Part shown: positions 1 to 13,796 of the stretch, in pieces
Layout of the letters: each line of letters begins with the position of its first letter
How positions within the stretch are numbered: the first letter of the stretch is position 1
From: Amia ocellicauda
Taxonomy: Eukaryota
Length of the DNA: 64,000 nucleotides
NCBI RefSeq assembly: GCF_036373705.1
Contig: NC_089855.1
Span: 18,021,962-18,085,961, forward strand
Reading direction: 5' to 3'
The notes under the pieces: model-generated
What the model saw: the letters and a program-made list of their open reading frames with translations, nothing else
Told to the model about the DNA's origin: nothing
Database searches by the model: none
Position numbers and translations under genes: made by a program

Positions 1-1708
1 TCTGCTTTAACACTAATGAGGAATGGAAACTACTTTGTTTATTTGTTTTTCACAAGGACAGTTACATCATTGTGCCTCTACAGTTCATGTCAAGGGAGAG
101 GCCTGGCTATTCCTGTAGTTATCCCTTGATAATCTTTGGTATGAACCTTCCACAAAAGAAAGAATTAGCATTTAGTTTAAATCTGTGCTTTCTATTCCTG
201 ACTACCTTTCGATGCCAAGTGGCCTAACACCAGGTCAGTGGTTGTAGCACATATCTGGTTTCCTAACAATGCATCTGGCTTTCTGTGGTGGATTGGATCC
301 AGGGCCTTCTCAGAAAACAGAGAGCTGGCCAACATGAGCGAAAATGTAGAGCAATACTGAAAGGCATTTAAAAAAAACCTGTAGCTGGGACTCACCTTGA
401 ATCAATTGTGCCATTTTGGGGTTGTAACTTCAAAAAGGAGGGGAAATCATTATAATGCATACTTCACAACATAAATATCAGGTTAGGAAGTCAGTTTTTG
501 TAATAAACACATTCAGCCTACAAAGGCTATTGGGAAAGGTCACTTGACTGAAATTTGTAACACCTTAAACACCATGTGTGCTGTGATACATTAGTAAAGA
601 TATGTTGTGCACATATAAACTGAAGTGATTTCATGACTCTGTTTTGTATTTTGTATCTCAAACTATTTGTTTTTCTGCTTCACTGTAATGTATTACTGAA
701 TAATCATTTCTGACAAGCACAACTGTTCTGATATATTACAGAGTCATACCCTGGCAACTGGAGCCAGCAGGATTTCGTATTTCTAACTCTAACAGCCTGG
801 AATGAAATTGCAAAGATATTGTATATAGAATCATGGACTTTTTGTTTCCATAACAATGCAGCCTGAAATGGTTCAGATCACACAAGATGACTGTTGAAGA
901 TATATGGAAACACTGGACATTTTAAAGTTAAAACTCAATGGAAAAACCTAAGATGGTTGTTCTTTAAGACATTATCATTTTGTTCAAGGTGTGTTTTTCA
1001 ATACATTTAATTCTGGGGGACATTTAAAGAGAGCTTTAGTTTGTTACTCCAGAAAACTAGGAAGTGAATTATAGTGACCAAGCCTTTAACGGTTTTCTTA
1101 CACAAGTATATAAAATAACAAAAATCTACTTGAAAAAAGCAAAAGATTGAAAAAAAATATGGGACTCCTTCCTTTAAATCAACTTGTACATCTCATGAGA
1201 GACTCTTGTATCTGCCTACAATTACCACAGGAACACTGCTTTTGGGACATGCACTAACAACTGGCACTTTCATCCTCTTATTCATGTGGCTATGGATTGG
1301 ATACAATACCTTCTATAGTCAGCACAAGGCTAGTAGCATGCAGAAAGGATCAGAAATCCCAGTGTAGTCAGACAGCTCTCCTGTGGATGTGAGCTGTCCC
1401 TGCCTCCTTCAGTCTAGCTGGTAAGGAAGCTCAATTACAGTGGCCTCTACTGGTAAGAAGAAGGTCTGTACCTGGGTTGCACAATTCCACAAGAGCACCA
1501 GTACTCCAAGGAAGTCTGTCCTTCTTGTGATATGATAAAATGCCAGGCTGAGACCCTGGCGGCTCAGGCTTGAATCACCAGTTCCCCGACTTTCAAAACA
1601 TTCATCCTTAATTGGTCATGGTGGAAGGAATGCGCCATGGCCACAGGCGGATCAAAAGGTGATGTGCATAGCCTTTTATACACCCAGCTTAAAATATCAA
1701 AGGCGTGA

Positions 1709-1711
<3 letters not shown>

Positions 1712-1769
<58 letters not shown>
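1712..1769. repeat. (TA)n microsatellite, about 29 units
   Basis: Perfect TA dinucleotide run read directly in the sequence. Confidence 0.95.
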
Positions 1770-1772
<3 letters not shown>

Positions 1773-4700
1773 GATTGTATAGTAACATATTTCTCAAACA
1801 TCCACATTTTCATTTTCAGATATAACCATTAATTCCCCTAACACCTAAATAATATTCTGGATAGGAGATCTTACCTTATACACCATTGTATTACATTCAG
1901 TAAGTTACCTAATGTAGTTTTAGCACTGACAGAAGCCAGGACCCCAGCCCTACCCAACAGCAAACATTCCAGCTAGGGCCATACAAAGTTGCACCTCACC
2001 TTAAAAAGCTACCTTCACCTTAACGAAAGCCTACATTTAATGGAGACTCTAACCCTAACCTTAGCCAAAACTTACCCCTAATGTGATTGCTAAATTAAAT
2101 TTAAGTGCATAATATAACTAAATTTCTAAGGAGAATTCTAAATGTAACAGTAAGACCATTCTCACTTTCATCTGTATTCCTAAAACAACTTTAGCATGAT
2201 GAAAATTTCAGGTTTTGGACTTATATCTAAATATTGATTTCCTGAAGGTAAAATACTTAATTTGTTTAAACAATAATTAATTCTTAATTCTGAACTGTGA
2301 TAGGGAATTTCAGTTTTCAAAGGAGAGACGTTATACTACACACCATTTTGTTACACCAGTTATCTGTCCCTAATTAAGATTGACCAATATAGAATGTTCA
2401 CATGTCTGGTGTCCCACAGAACATTAGAAAAGACACAACAATAAAAATGTTCAATAAATGTGCTAATATCAATGGCAGAAATCCCCTGTGGTCTTGTACG
2501 TACACACAATACACCTGTGAATGGCAGGTATATTGAGAAGGGCTCATACGGTTTCATTTAACATCTGAACTATTAGGGTTTATCTCCAAATACAACCTTA
2601 AATGAACTGAAGCTGTTTTCATTAGTCCTAACAAACACTAGGCTAACCCCTAGGACAGAAAGGAATATTTCTTGGAAATCCTATCAGGTGAGGGAAAGTT
2701 TGCTGTTCTTGGAATATAAACAGCATTCTTTATCTTCGCAGAGGAAGTGATATGAACATTTTAAAAACATTTCTATGCTTTAATGGGATGTTCTCTGGTA
2801 CAGACTTGCCAAGCTTAGAGTGCCTCTTAGGATACTAACCAATAATATTGAACTACAGCACTTGGAAAATATGTGTTATTTTCATTTGGTCAATATTGTG
2901 AATAAAATGTAAAAATAGAATCAAAACAACACATTTAATCACAAGGAAGGTACAGTTGTGAGCTCATATCTACATATCACATATAATTTATTGATTTCTT
3001 CTTTTTATATCCCTGACTGAAAGAGATTCTTATTACGCAATGTGGTGTTCTATCAAGTCTATTATTTTACTACAAAGTGTAAGAGTGGCAATTGCAGGGT
3101 CTGCATTAAGGATTTGGCTAAACCAATGCAATATTTTGACCTACCCCAAAAAGCAAGGTACAAACGTATACTCGATCACCTTTTTTAATATAAGTAGTAG
3201 AACATGGCTTCTGATTGTAAATTAAATACTGATAGTACAGGTTTGTACTTTGCAGTTAGTTGGTAGGTCTGATCTTGTCAAGCCTCAATATGATATGATA
3301 AACTACTGTACATTGTTTTATTGATTCTACAATGTATATTTTAAGAGGTAAGATAAGAAAGCAGTGCAGAGGACAGGAGAAACCCTCCCTGGAGAGGTAG
3401 CTGTTATGATCTGGCCATAAACATGTTAAGGGAATTACGTTGAATGATTTTCCTGACAACAGCGATGCTTTCAGAGGCCAGGACTGACTGTTTGACATTC
3501 CCTTCCAGTCTCTTACTCCAGCCAATGCCATTAACTCTGATCTTGCTCTAGATAGACAGTGCATTCACCTGAAACATACAAATTGTCTTTGTTTTTCTGT
3601 GGTGGTACAAGTGGTCATCATCTTATTGTGCTTTCTCTGATGCATACAGAGGTCTCATATTGTGCTGTGTCCATTATGGAGATGGAAAGGACTAGTGTTA
3701 TATATGGCAGTGGGGATCAGAACTTGCTTTAAGTTATCGTATGGAGTCATGGGGTTGGCAGACTTGTACAGTGTAGTATGAGAAATAGGGCTGTAAGTCA
3801 TGGAAGTTTTGGTAATTCCAATTGGGAGCACATGCTCAGATATCCAATTTTCTTGTCAACAAAATCTTAAAAACTACATGGCATTTAAGAACTGAAGAAA
3901 AAGAGTAAACTCATACAGAAATTAAAATAAGTTACCTACCTGAACTAGGGGTAAACAGAAATGTGGACATGAAACCAACTCCAGCGAAACTTAATTTTCC
4001 TGGAAGTGTGTTCCTCTTTAGCCCTGCATTCCAGTCCCAATTTACAGTCCATCTTCTTTGATCTTACAGCTGGTGTAAGAAATTAAAAAATGAAAACGTG
4101 GCACCAGTTGACCTTCTGGTGAACTGTAAATGATTAAACGGTTGTTGCTTGAATAGGCATTAAACTGCTTCATTTCACAAACCTTGCTACATATTCGGTC
4201 ATAAATCTTTTTCCGTGTTTGTGACATGCCGTAGTTCGTCTCGTTTCTAACAACAAGATCACCCCTGTAGTTCTGTGCTCCATGGAAGACATTTAGAGAA
4301 GCCATTTAGCTTTCATGCAAGTAATTTACATTTTAATCAACATTACAAGATAGACTGGACAGCATTTGCCTGCAGTCCCAGGATTATTTAAAATGTTGGA
4401 ATGATTGACTTTCTGTCCTCCCAACGTGAGATAAACACATAACAATTACCATGGGAAGAATGTACATGAAGCTGTCATTTAAAAGATCTTGTCAGATACT
4501 CTTTTATCTTCTTTGAATTTTGTACCTGTTAAAGACTGTTATTAAATATTTGAAGTTTAAATACAGAACATGAATACAGGATTCCTGCTGCAGAAGCTTT
4601 AGAAATACACATTATATTCTAGTTAAGTGTCTCAATACATCAGTATTCCCATCACTTCCTAATTTTTGTCCACTATAATGTTAGACATTAGCATAGGCTA

Positions 4701-4973
4701 GATAACATACCCCCTCACTCCCCCCTCCTCCCCTACACAGTTAATTAAATACCATTTTGTGGATTAGGCCTACAGGACCTGCATCTTGGAGGAATGCAGT
4801 GTAGGATGATATTTAAAATTGCCAGAAATCTACTACTTTATTGCATCGAAAGAAATGAGTAATCTCACTTTGCCTTATGGCTTTAATTTACTGGGTGTTG
4901 AATTGAAGTGCCAGCATTTTGTCCAGCATAAGCTAAGAGCTAAGAACTAAGAGGAATGCACAATGAAATGATA

Positions 4974-5711
4974 CAGTGAGGGAAAAAAGTATTTGATCCC
5001 CTGCAGATTTTGTACATTTGCCCACTGACAAAGAAATGATCAGTCTATAATTTTAATGGTAGGTGTATTTTAACAGTGAGAGACAGAATAACAACAAAAA
5101 AATCCAGAAAAACACATTTAAAAAAAGTTATAAATTGATTTGCATGTTAATGAGGGAAATAAGTATTAGATCCCCTATCAATCAGCAAGATTTCTGGCTC
5201 CCAGGTGTCTTTTATACAGGTAACGAGCTGAGATTAGGACCTCTCTCTTAAAGGGACTCTCCTAATCTCAGCTCGTTACCTGTATAAAAGACACCTGTCC
5301 ACAGAAGCAATCAATCAATCAGATTCCAAACTCTCCACCATGGCCAAGACCAAAGAGCTGTCCAAGGATGTCAGGGACAAGATTGTAGACCTACACAAGG
5401 CTGGAATGGGCTACAAGACCATCGCCAAGCAGCTTGGTGAGATGGACAGGGCCATGTACCGTCAAATCTTGGGTGAGAACCTCCTTCCCTCAGCCAGGGC
5501 ATTGAAAATGGGTCGTGGAAGGGGTCAAATACTTATTTCCCTCAAATCAATTTAAATCTTTTTTGAAATGCGTTTTTCTGGATTTGTTTGTTGTTATTCT
5601 GTCTCTCGCTGTTAAAATACACCTACCATTAAAATTATAGACTGATCATTTCTTTGTCAGTGGGCAAACGTACAAAATCAGCAGAGGATCAATTACTTTT
5701 TTCCCTCACTG
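4974..5711 (+). mobile_element. Tc1/mariner (Sleeping-Beauty-like) internally deleted non-autonomous copy, 738 bp, flanked by TA
   Basis: Terminal inverted repeats cagtgagggaaaaaagtatttgatcccctgc at 4974 and its reverse complement ending at 5711, each flanked by TA. The internal ORF 5340-5555 encodes [34 protein letters not shown] (Tc1 transposase N-terminus) fused out of context to a C-terminal segment [16 protein letters not shown]. The same family occurs full-length at 50165-51674. Confidence 0.85.
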
Positions 5712-6805
5712 TATACTAACTCAGTTCAAAATTGATGGTCCTCAGCCTAGGTTCTTTTCATTTACAAAGTCTACTGAGTTTTGTTACACCTGAATTCTTA
5801 ATTGCCTTATAGAGCTCTCTATACAATATGCCAGTTATATATCCTATAAATTCTACTGGACTGCAGCACTAGAAGACAAGAATTGGGAGTCCATGACACT
5901 TGCATATCAGAGCTGTAGTGTTTACGCTACACCTTTCTTTAAATGTTATGTTAAGTTAAACACAATGTTACCATACTAAACAGTGAATTTCCTGTAAGTG
6001 TGCATATAAACCACTCATTCCTGTTTTTTTATGCAGAAGCGACACAACTAAATTATAAACCCATGACTTTCCCTTCTGCAAGATTTTGTGATAAAAGTGG
6101 GTGTTCCTAGGGAAAACAAAATACAGTCATGGAAACAAAATGACAACCAGAGCAATTCTCTCTTTGATCGAGAAAAATGACTTGAGTAAAAATAGAACAC
6201 AGATGGGCACTGGCCAAATTCAAACACATTGGAAACACGTCCACTTTAAAAACCAACAAAATTGTCAGATCAAGACGTATAATTTCTCTCATAAAACAGA
6301 TTAAAATCTTCAGTCACAATTAATTCACTTGAATTCTGCAGTTTGGTTGGATTTTACTTTTCAATACAGGAAAATACAACTGTAGAACTATAATTAATTC
6401 CATATAGTGAATTTGTGTGCTCTTAAACATTCCAGAGATTTCCCTCCTTCATCCTCAAAGCCAAAGACAGCATTGGTCCAAATAATTTTGGAGCCCAGAG
6501 TTATTTCTGTAATTTCTTTAATATGGTGTGTCTTCAAGTTAGCCTATTAGTAGGCACTGACATCTAGGAAAAAATAAAGAACATTACCACACGTCAGAAT
6601 CTTTTATTGTTAACTACAAACTAAGTTAAAGAGGGAGCCACATAATAGTTAGTACAACTCTTGCCCGAATGGCACACCCCCTGCATATCGTACTCAATAT
6701 TTCAGTGCAACCGTACCTTCCTCCAAAATTAAGCCTTGAAACACAACTGGGGATGTTCACAAAATTTCCTGTAGTGTTCTGTGCTCTACCCTACTCCACC
6801 AGCCT

Positions 6806-6829
6806 AAATAATAATAATAATAATAATAA
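6806..6829. repeat. (AAT)n microsatellite
   Basis: ataataataataataataataa read directly. Confidence 0.9.
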
Positions 6830-9800
6830 GTGGTTGATGGAGCTCTCTGCCCTCTGGATGACTAGAGCTTCTCAATCTCCTGCCAGGCTCCTCCATCTAC
6901 ATTTCCTTAGTAATTTCAGTAATGTAAGAGAAATGTATCGACTGGTTGTCATTCAACAGCACATACTGTATAATACTGCATAAATCAAAACTGTGTATTA
7001 GACTAAATTTGATGAACACTTGATGAACCATATTATAATTGCATTCTGACCCTGTCATACACTCTTTTTAGGTACTACTAGGAATGCGGAAGGCAAGGAA
7101 GGGTGCATTTATCAGATGCCAGGGGTCTAGTTATGGAAATCAAATGTTTAAGAGACAAACAGGAAGGAAGAATGTGCACAGCAAGGTAAGGATGCAGAAT
7201 AAAGCTGTCAGGTTTGATTATGGAGGCTCCATTTAAAATTCTTGAAGACCTCCGTGAGTTTTACTCAGACTACTCAAGCTGTGAAAGCATGAACAAGTGA
7301 TTGCCTTTTGTATGTGGCAGGTTCCTTGACCCTTTTCAGTCTTGAACTCTTTGTCATCTGCTGGGTAAACATTCCTTGCATGGTAGAAAGTTCAGGGGTC
7401 TAGTGACTCAGTAGATGTTGAAATATCATTTTATACACGTGTGCACTTTGAATTAAATTGGGTTGCTCCGCAGGCATTTTCAGATGACAAAAACCAGCAT
7501 TTTTAAATGTATAGGAAGGTGCATTGCTGTCTGAAAGATGCACAATTTATGGCTGCCTAACTATAAGGCAAATTACGGTTTGGAGAAGCTGAGGACAATG
7601 ACAGAATGTGTATCCAGTTCCAGTTCCAGGTACATTTTTGTATCTAATGATTCATGCAGTGGCCATTGAAAGGTAGGTCCACTTCCACCGAGGCAGCAAA
7701 TATCTGAATATATTATGCAGCATCTGACCATGTTTGAAATGTTTCTGCTTCAATACACTGACATGAGTGGAGTATCTCTGAACAGTTGTCACGAGTGGTG
7801 CGTGACAGAATTAGTCACTTAATTGGGTTGATTTATCACTGATTGATTTGTATATTTTCTTTTGTTTTCTTTCCTGCTGTTGCACATATTTCACCCTCTG
7901 CCACAGAGACTGTTCATTGTGGTAACGGGGTTTGCTGCAGCAGCCGTATCTAAGGAGAGAAAAAGACAGATATTATTAGACTTTCCTCGTTCGTATCTTT
8001 TGCACAGAGAGTTTCTTTGCACAAGGACATGTTTACATTGCTTTGTTTTGCACAGGAGTTACCTTAATGATCTCTCAGTTGCAGGACTCCTAAATCTTTG
8101 TCTTTGCAGGCACAAATACAAAGGGCAAAGGTTCCGTGTACACGGAGAGAATCTGACTGGGTGTGACAAGCTCTTCACTCGTGAAAAAAGTGGCATAGTC
8201 GTGTTTGGTGTAGTCACCCCTAGCACCCATTGGTGGTGACAGTGACAATTTCACTTGAGAGGCAGAGGCAGTTTTCAGAGGCAAATGCACAGCTTGTGAA
8301 CAGGCAAGGCAGTCAACTGCCTGGGGCCCCAGGCCATTAGGAGGCCCCCAAAGTTATTTATAACATAGCCTAATGGTGATGATCGGTGGTTGGAGGAGAC
8401 CCCTTGAAATTGTTGCCTAGGGCCCCAACAGACTCTAGAATCGCCACTGTTCAGAGGGCAATGGGACAGAACTATGTTGCTCTATGTATCCAGGCCCTGT
8501 GAGAACTTCCAAAGCCCAACAGGAGCTCCTGACCCCCATGTGGAAACTACTGATCTAAGGCAATGTGGCAGGAAAATATAGCTGCTTTCATCTCGAAACA
8601 CAGGGTGATGTACACAAACACTGGGGAGTCTGCTTGTAGAGATGTCACATAGGAGGGGAGAGAAGGGAAGGTGAAAACAAAGTATAATTTTTACATTCAT
8701 AGAGAAAAACTATAATCTTTAGATTTGGTTCTAGTCATTGTAGTGATACCTGTTAAGTTTTACAAAGTCACGTCTCTTGCAATCTATAGGAACTCAATTC
8801 TGAGAAACTACAATTCTTGCCTCCATTTAATTAAACATGAGCTTTATTAACCCTTGATGACAACAACGTGTAGCTGAATCAGTTTGGTGTTGTGATCTAT
8901 TGACTATCAGGTTATGTCTCTTAATGCTGTCCTTCAAAGACTTCTTTATTCTTTAGTGCCCAATGTCTAGAAGCCTCCTTTGTGTGCTTTGGGCTGATTA
9001 TAGTATATGTTGATTGGACAGAAGCCAGTAAATAAAAATAAACTCATGAAAATACCCAAATATCTAGCCATGTGAACATCCACATCAAAGTATGTAAAAA
9101 TAACCATGTCTTAGAATACAACAGTGCTACAATATGTGTTTATACATCTATGATCATGAATGTGCAAATGCTGTTCACGTTAAACATAAAAAGACCGGGC
9201 ATGGGGTCATGGGTCATCACACAGGAATGCATCATTCAGCCCCTCCACCATCAATAGCTATTTCTCCACCTGTGCCAGGCAATACGGTCTCCCAGTTATT
9301 CCTCAACCGGAGGTGAGTTTTTTTTTAACCTGTTTACCAGATCGTGGTCCTGTTTCCCAGCAACAACGTCAATATGACTATGTATATACCTCCCTTCAAA
9401 ATGTTTCCCACACCCACTCCCTGTGAAAGTTATGTACACTGCTATCCAAACTGCGAAGATCCAGCCACAGCCTCAACCCCCCTCCAATGACTCCACTGTG
9501 ATCAGAAATGTGAGAATCTGCTCTCAGCATCGTTCTGAATCTAGTTTGTTAAATAATATGTTATGTTTTTACTTTCATATTTAATAAAGCCCTGTTATCT
9601 GAACAATAGATTACTACCCAAATGGGATGGGACATTGTCGTTTCCATGGAAACCCAGTGAACAGAATTGTCTAACAAAGCTGCCTATAGGCAGACCCTCC
9701 CCGTGCTGCCTGCTTTATCTACTGATGTTCTTCAGCACTTAGCCTCTCTTTCTATTCGAGAAAAGGGGTGTGGTACATTATACCCAAGCCGTCGCAAGGA

Positions 9801-10199
9801 AGGCAGGCAGTGGACAGATAAGGAAGCTAGCCCCAAGGCCTGAGCCTGCTAAGTGAAGGAAATAAGTTACAGTTTGAAAAGAAGAGGAAGAAGAATCAGG
9901 TGCCATTTATCCCAAGACCCAAGAACCAAAAACACAGGAGCAGAGTCCAAAGGTCAAGCTCTACTGAGGAAAAGAAAAGGGAGGGAGCAGGAGCAACAGG
10001 GCCTGTACCCCACTCCCATACATGTCCAGGAGCGGGTGAGATCACACTGTACTGGGACATCAGTGTCATGGGTGGCTGTGACCACTGGGTCCCAATGTAG
10101 TCTCATTATGCCACCCCAGTTTAGTTATGCGAGATGGGGACTCACTACCACCCAAGTAGTCACCCGTGCAGGTTTGGCAAAATCTCAGGGCATACACCA

Positions 10200-10961
10200 C
10201 GGACACAAGGCAGTCAATAAAACAAATGTTTTTATTCTAATTAGTTGTATGATATCCACAATATATTATCACAATTATAATAAAATCCTACTAAAAACTA
10301 TGCCCAAAACCATAGCCCTGAGTTCACTACTAGCACTGTCCAACGAAAAAAAAAAAAAAAAAGGAAAGAGGATAAATAGTCCCAATGCACAGTCTTATAT
10401 ACGGCAATCGCCACTAGTCACAACACGGATCAAAACACGGCTCCCGTCCTAGGCTTGGCATGAATCCTCGCAGCAGCACTCTCCTGCAAGCAGCCCCACT
10501 CGTCCATGCAAAACCCCCCCTTATCCAGGAAAAGAGGGAGAGAGAAAGAATGGAACAGGCTCAGGAAAAGGACAAGCTCGCTCAAAGGTAAGTGCTGCAA
10601 TCACACACACTCGCAGATGGTATTAAACATGTCCCTTCCTCACCCTTTACTATGCTCCTCTCTCTCTGTGCTGCTGGGTCTGGAGCCGAGGTGCCGCCTA
10701 CTGCTGTGGAACTGGAAGCCACAAAGCCTCAAAATTATCTCAAAATTAAAGCCAAGGTAAGTCCGATAGTGCATTCAACCAAAATACACTGTTGATTCAA
10801 AGGTCTTTCGACAATTATAATCCCTAGGTTCTTTGATCGCACTAGGCATACAGAGTTCAGCAGCTAGTATTTCTCCAACCCGCCATTCTTCCTTTATTTC
10901 TACTGGGACCAACTGTAGGACAACCCGAGGTACAATCCTCATAGGGAGGGGATACTACCCC
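10200..10961 (-). repeat. putative 3' LTR of the gypsy remnant (boundaries approximate)
   Basis: A purine-rich tract on the minus strand (tgggggaagggggagaga, at 10962-10980) lies immediately downstream of the integrase stop, and the sequence after it starts TG. A minus-strand TATA box (gccgtatataagact, about 10395-10410) and an AATAAA near 10215-10225 are present. No 5' LTR survives for comparison, so the limits are inferred. Confidence 0.3.
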
Positions 10962-11127
10962 ATCTCTCCCCCTTCCCCCATAGGGTTCACGGGAGCTGGT
11001 GCCGCAGGAGCCTGGGGCAAAAGGCCATAGCAGATGTGCAAATGCCGCCTATGTAAGGTACGCTCTGGGCCCCTCCCGCCCCTTGGGCTGAACTCGATAA
11101 GCAGGACCCCCCCACCTAACGGTTCTA

Positions 11128-12040
11128 CTACCACGAAGGGTGGTACCAATAAGGTGCCATTTTACCATGGGCCCCCCTGCGGAAGTTACAAACCAGTACC
11201 TGCTCTCCTGGAAACAAAGGGACATTCTTAGCCTGCCAGTACCGGGGCCGACTATCTCGGGACTGCTGCTGATGGGTCTTACTGGCTGCTGCGCTATACG
11301 CATCCCGTAGCCTCCGATTATGACCTGCCACCCACCCTTCTAGCATTTGCGGCACCTCTGCTGGAAATGCCCGTGGCCACATCCACGGGAAGCTGGGCCT
11401 GCCTGCCAAACATAAGAAAGAATGGTGAGTAGCTGGTTCTTTCATGTACTACATTATTATAAGTGTGTAATAATTCCAGAAGCTTATTGGGCCAATGGTG
11501 TTACTCCTCCTCCCCCAAAGTCCCGAACAGGGAAAGCAGGGTCTGGTTCATCTGCTCACAGGCTCCGTTACCCTGGATGATAGGGGTGTTCCTGCTTTTC
11601 CGTATCCCATACATGTTTGTTAAATCTGCCATTAACTGGGATTCGGAAATAGCCCCTCGGTTGCTGTGGAAACGTTCATGACAGTCGAAAGGCTGCATCC
11701 CAGTTTTCCACAGCGTTTTAACAGTAGTGGCCACTGTCTGGTCACAAACTGGGACTGCCCAAGCCTACCGAGTAAACAAATCAATAATCACCAAGACATC
11801 TGGGAAATAATCCTCAGGTCTTCCCAGCAACAAGTGATCAATAGCTACTATCTCTAATGGGTACGAGGTTACAATAGGCACCATGGGGCACTTAGTCGCC
11901 CATCGCCTAGAGTCCTCCCCTAATCCCGTACCAGAATTAATTGGAATTTTTTGAACACGCAACTGCAGCTGTGGATCATGTGAAAGCATATGATATGATA
12001 TACTTAGATTTTCAAAAAGCTTTTGATAAGGTTCCACACC
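11128..12040 (-). pseudogene. gypsy integrase catalytic core plus C-terminal domain (fragmented by stops and frameshifts)
   Basis: ORFs 11765-12037, 11501-11734 and 11128-11445 on the minus strand carry the DDE integrase core and C-terminal motifs typical of Ty3/gypsy pol. Confidence 0.7.
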
Positions 12041-13760
12041 AAAGACTGATCATCAGATTGGAAGCTGTAGACATTCAGGGTAATGTAAGTAGATGGATTA
12101 TGAACTGGTTGATGTACAGGAAACATAGGCTGTCGATTAGAGGAGTTGCTTCTAACTGGAGTGAGGTTGTTAGTGGAGTTCCACAGGGATCAGTACTAGG
12201 GCCTGTGCTTTTTCTAATCTATATTAATGATCTGGACTCTGGGATAGTTAGCAAACTTGTCTAATTTGCAGATGATACTAAAATAGGTGGCTCAGCAGAT
12301 ACAATCTCGGCAGCACAGGCTATTCAAAGGGACTTAGATAATATTCAGTTGTGGGCCGACACCTGGCAGACAAAATTCAATGTGGACAAGTGCAAGGTAA
12401 TACATGCAAGTAACAAAAATGTCCAATATAATTACACTATGGGAGGAATATAACTAGATGAAGTAATGCATGAGAAAGACCTAAGAGTCTATGTGGACTC
12501 CTCACTTTCTCCATCCAAACAATGTGGGGAAGCAATAAAAAAGGCCAACAGAATGTTAGGGTATATTGTCAAAAGTGTAGAATTGAAAACAAGGGAAGTA
12601 ATGTTCAGACTGTACAATGCACTAGCATTCAGTTCAAGACATTGACCCTCACCTACCGCTGTCTCAACCACACTGCACCAAGTTACCTCCAGACACTCGT
12701 CTCTCCATACATCCCCTCCAGACCACTGCGCTCCTCCAGCGCCAGAAGACTCACTCTACCTCCTCTCCGCTCCCCTTCCTCCAGAGCCGCTCCTTCTCAT
12801 CCCTGGCCCCCAAACGGTGGAACAACCTTCCCACTGAAGTCAAAACAGCAGAGTCCTTGACCTCATTCCGGCGCTTACTCAAGACACATCTTTTCAGACA
12901 GTACTTATAATATTAGTCAATTTAACCCCCGTCAGATAGCACTTCACAGATTGTTATTATGCTTCTTGCATTTTTGATTGTTTCCTCCTTGCTCCCTTTC
13001 CCGTAGCCCTTGACTGTGACCCTACATCTTGACAGCACTTAGTTTTACCATCCAGAATGTAGGACCTTGCCTGTGTAAATTGTAAATTGGAAGTTGTAAA
13101 ATGTATTATATTTTGAATTGCTATGTTTTATGTAAATTGAATTTGTAATGATTGATGCACTTTGTTTTGCACTTATGTTGTAAGTCGCCCTGGATAAGGG
13201 CGCCTGCCAAGAAATAATAATAATAATAATAATAATAACAGTTAGAGCTCATCTGGATACTGTGTACAGTTCTGGGCTCCACACTTCAAGAAAGATATCG
13301 CTGCTCTAGAGGCAGTTCAGAGGAGAGCAACCAGACTTATTCCAGGTCTGAAGGGAATGTCCTACTGAGAGACTGAGGATCTGAACCTTTTCACCCTGGA
13401 ACAGAGGAGACTACGTGGGGACTTGATTCAAGTCTTCAGAATCATGCAAGGCATCAACCATGTCAAACCAGAGGAGCTTTTCCAGATCAGCAGGGACACA
13501 CACACCCGGGGAGACAAATGGAAATTGGGCTTCAAGGCATTCAAGATGGAAAACAGGAGACACTTCTTCACACAGAGAGTTGTCACAATCTGGAACAAAC
13601 TCCCCAGCGATGTGGTAGAAGCTGAAAATTTGGGAACAAGTCAGACTGGATAGGATCCTTGGATCACTCGGTTATTAATGGACACCAAACGAGCACGATG
13701 GGTCGAATGGCTTCCTTTCTTGTGTAAACTTTCTTATGTTCTTATGTTCTCATGTTCTAG
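11941..13760 (+). mobile_element. CR1/L2-like LINE fragment (RT domain through 3' end) nested in the gypsy integrase, itself carrying a SINE-like insertion at 12628-13238
   Basis: ORF 11941-12264 and its continuation encode [17 protein letters not shown]...[23 protein letters not shown]...FADDTKIGG (RT motifs including FADD). After the nested insert the LINE resumes at 13241 (agttagagctcatctggatac) and encodes AHLEYCVQFWSPH...LIQVFRIMQGINHVKPEELFQISRDTHTRGDKWKL...FFTQRVVTIWNKLP, the characteristic CR1-type ORF2 C-terminus. Confidence 0.75.
12628..13238 (+). mobile_element. SINE-like interspersed repeat (5'-truncated) inserted into the LINE copy, ending in an (AAT)n tail
   Basis: Breaks the LINE reading frame exactly between LYNALA and VRAHLEY. 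It contains the widespread fish repeat signature translating as LTYRCLNHTAPSYL...FKRLLKTHLF and the 3' motif tgtaagtcgccctggataagggcgcctgc, followed by (AAT)n at 13212-13238. Confidence 0.6.
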
Positions 13761-13796
13761 AAGTAGCTCTTTCTGAAAATGGACAGGGTGCGTAGA

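Noticed and set aside
2028-2075. ctaaccctaacc, two telomere-like CCCTAA units
   Set aside because: Only two units are present, which is chance-level and not an interstitial telomeric array.
4042-4305. 87-aa minus-strand ORF starting MASLNVFHGAQNYRGDLVV
   Set aside because: There is no recognisable family or domain, no supporting splice signals and no similarity to the flanking ORFs. A real exon of an unknown gene is not excluded, but it is unsupported.
7862-8239. 125-aa ORF, and the GGGCCCC-containing inverted motifs at 8300-8450
   Set aside because: No similarity was recognised and no splice context. It is probably an unclassified interspersed repeat, but I cannot name it.
9853-10452. 199-aa ORF rich in K/R/S/T, with neighbouring ORFs at 10506-10795
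   Set aside because: It lies within the putative 3' LTR of the gypsy remnant (minus strand), has no recognisable domain, and has low-complexity composition. It is treated as non-coding LTR sequence.
13241-13262. Possibility that the CR1-like fragments are a distinct SINE with a fixed 5' end, because copies at 13241 and 45486 both begin near agttagagctcatctgg
   Set aside because: Copy 1 demonstrably continues upstream into RT-coding sequence (11941-12627) once the nested SINE is removed, and copy 3 begins about 15 bp further upstream. The fragments are therefore ordinary 5'-truncated LINE copies.
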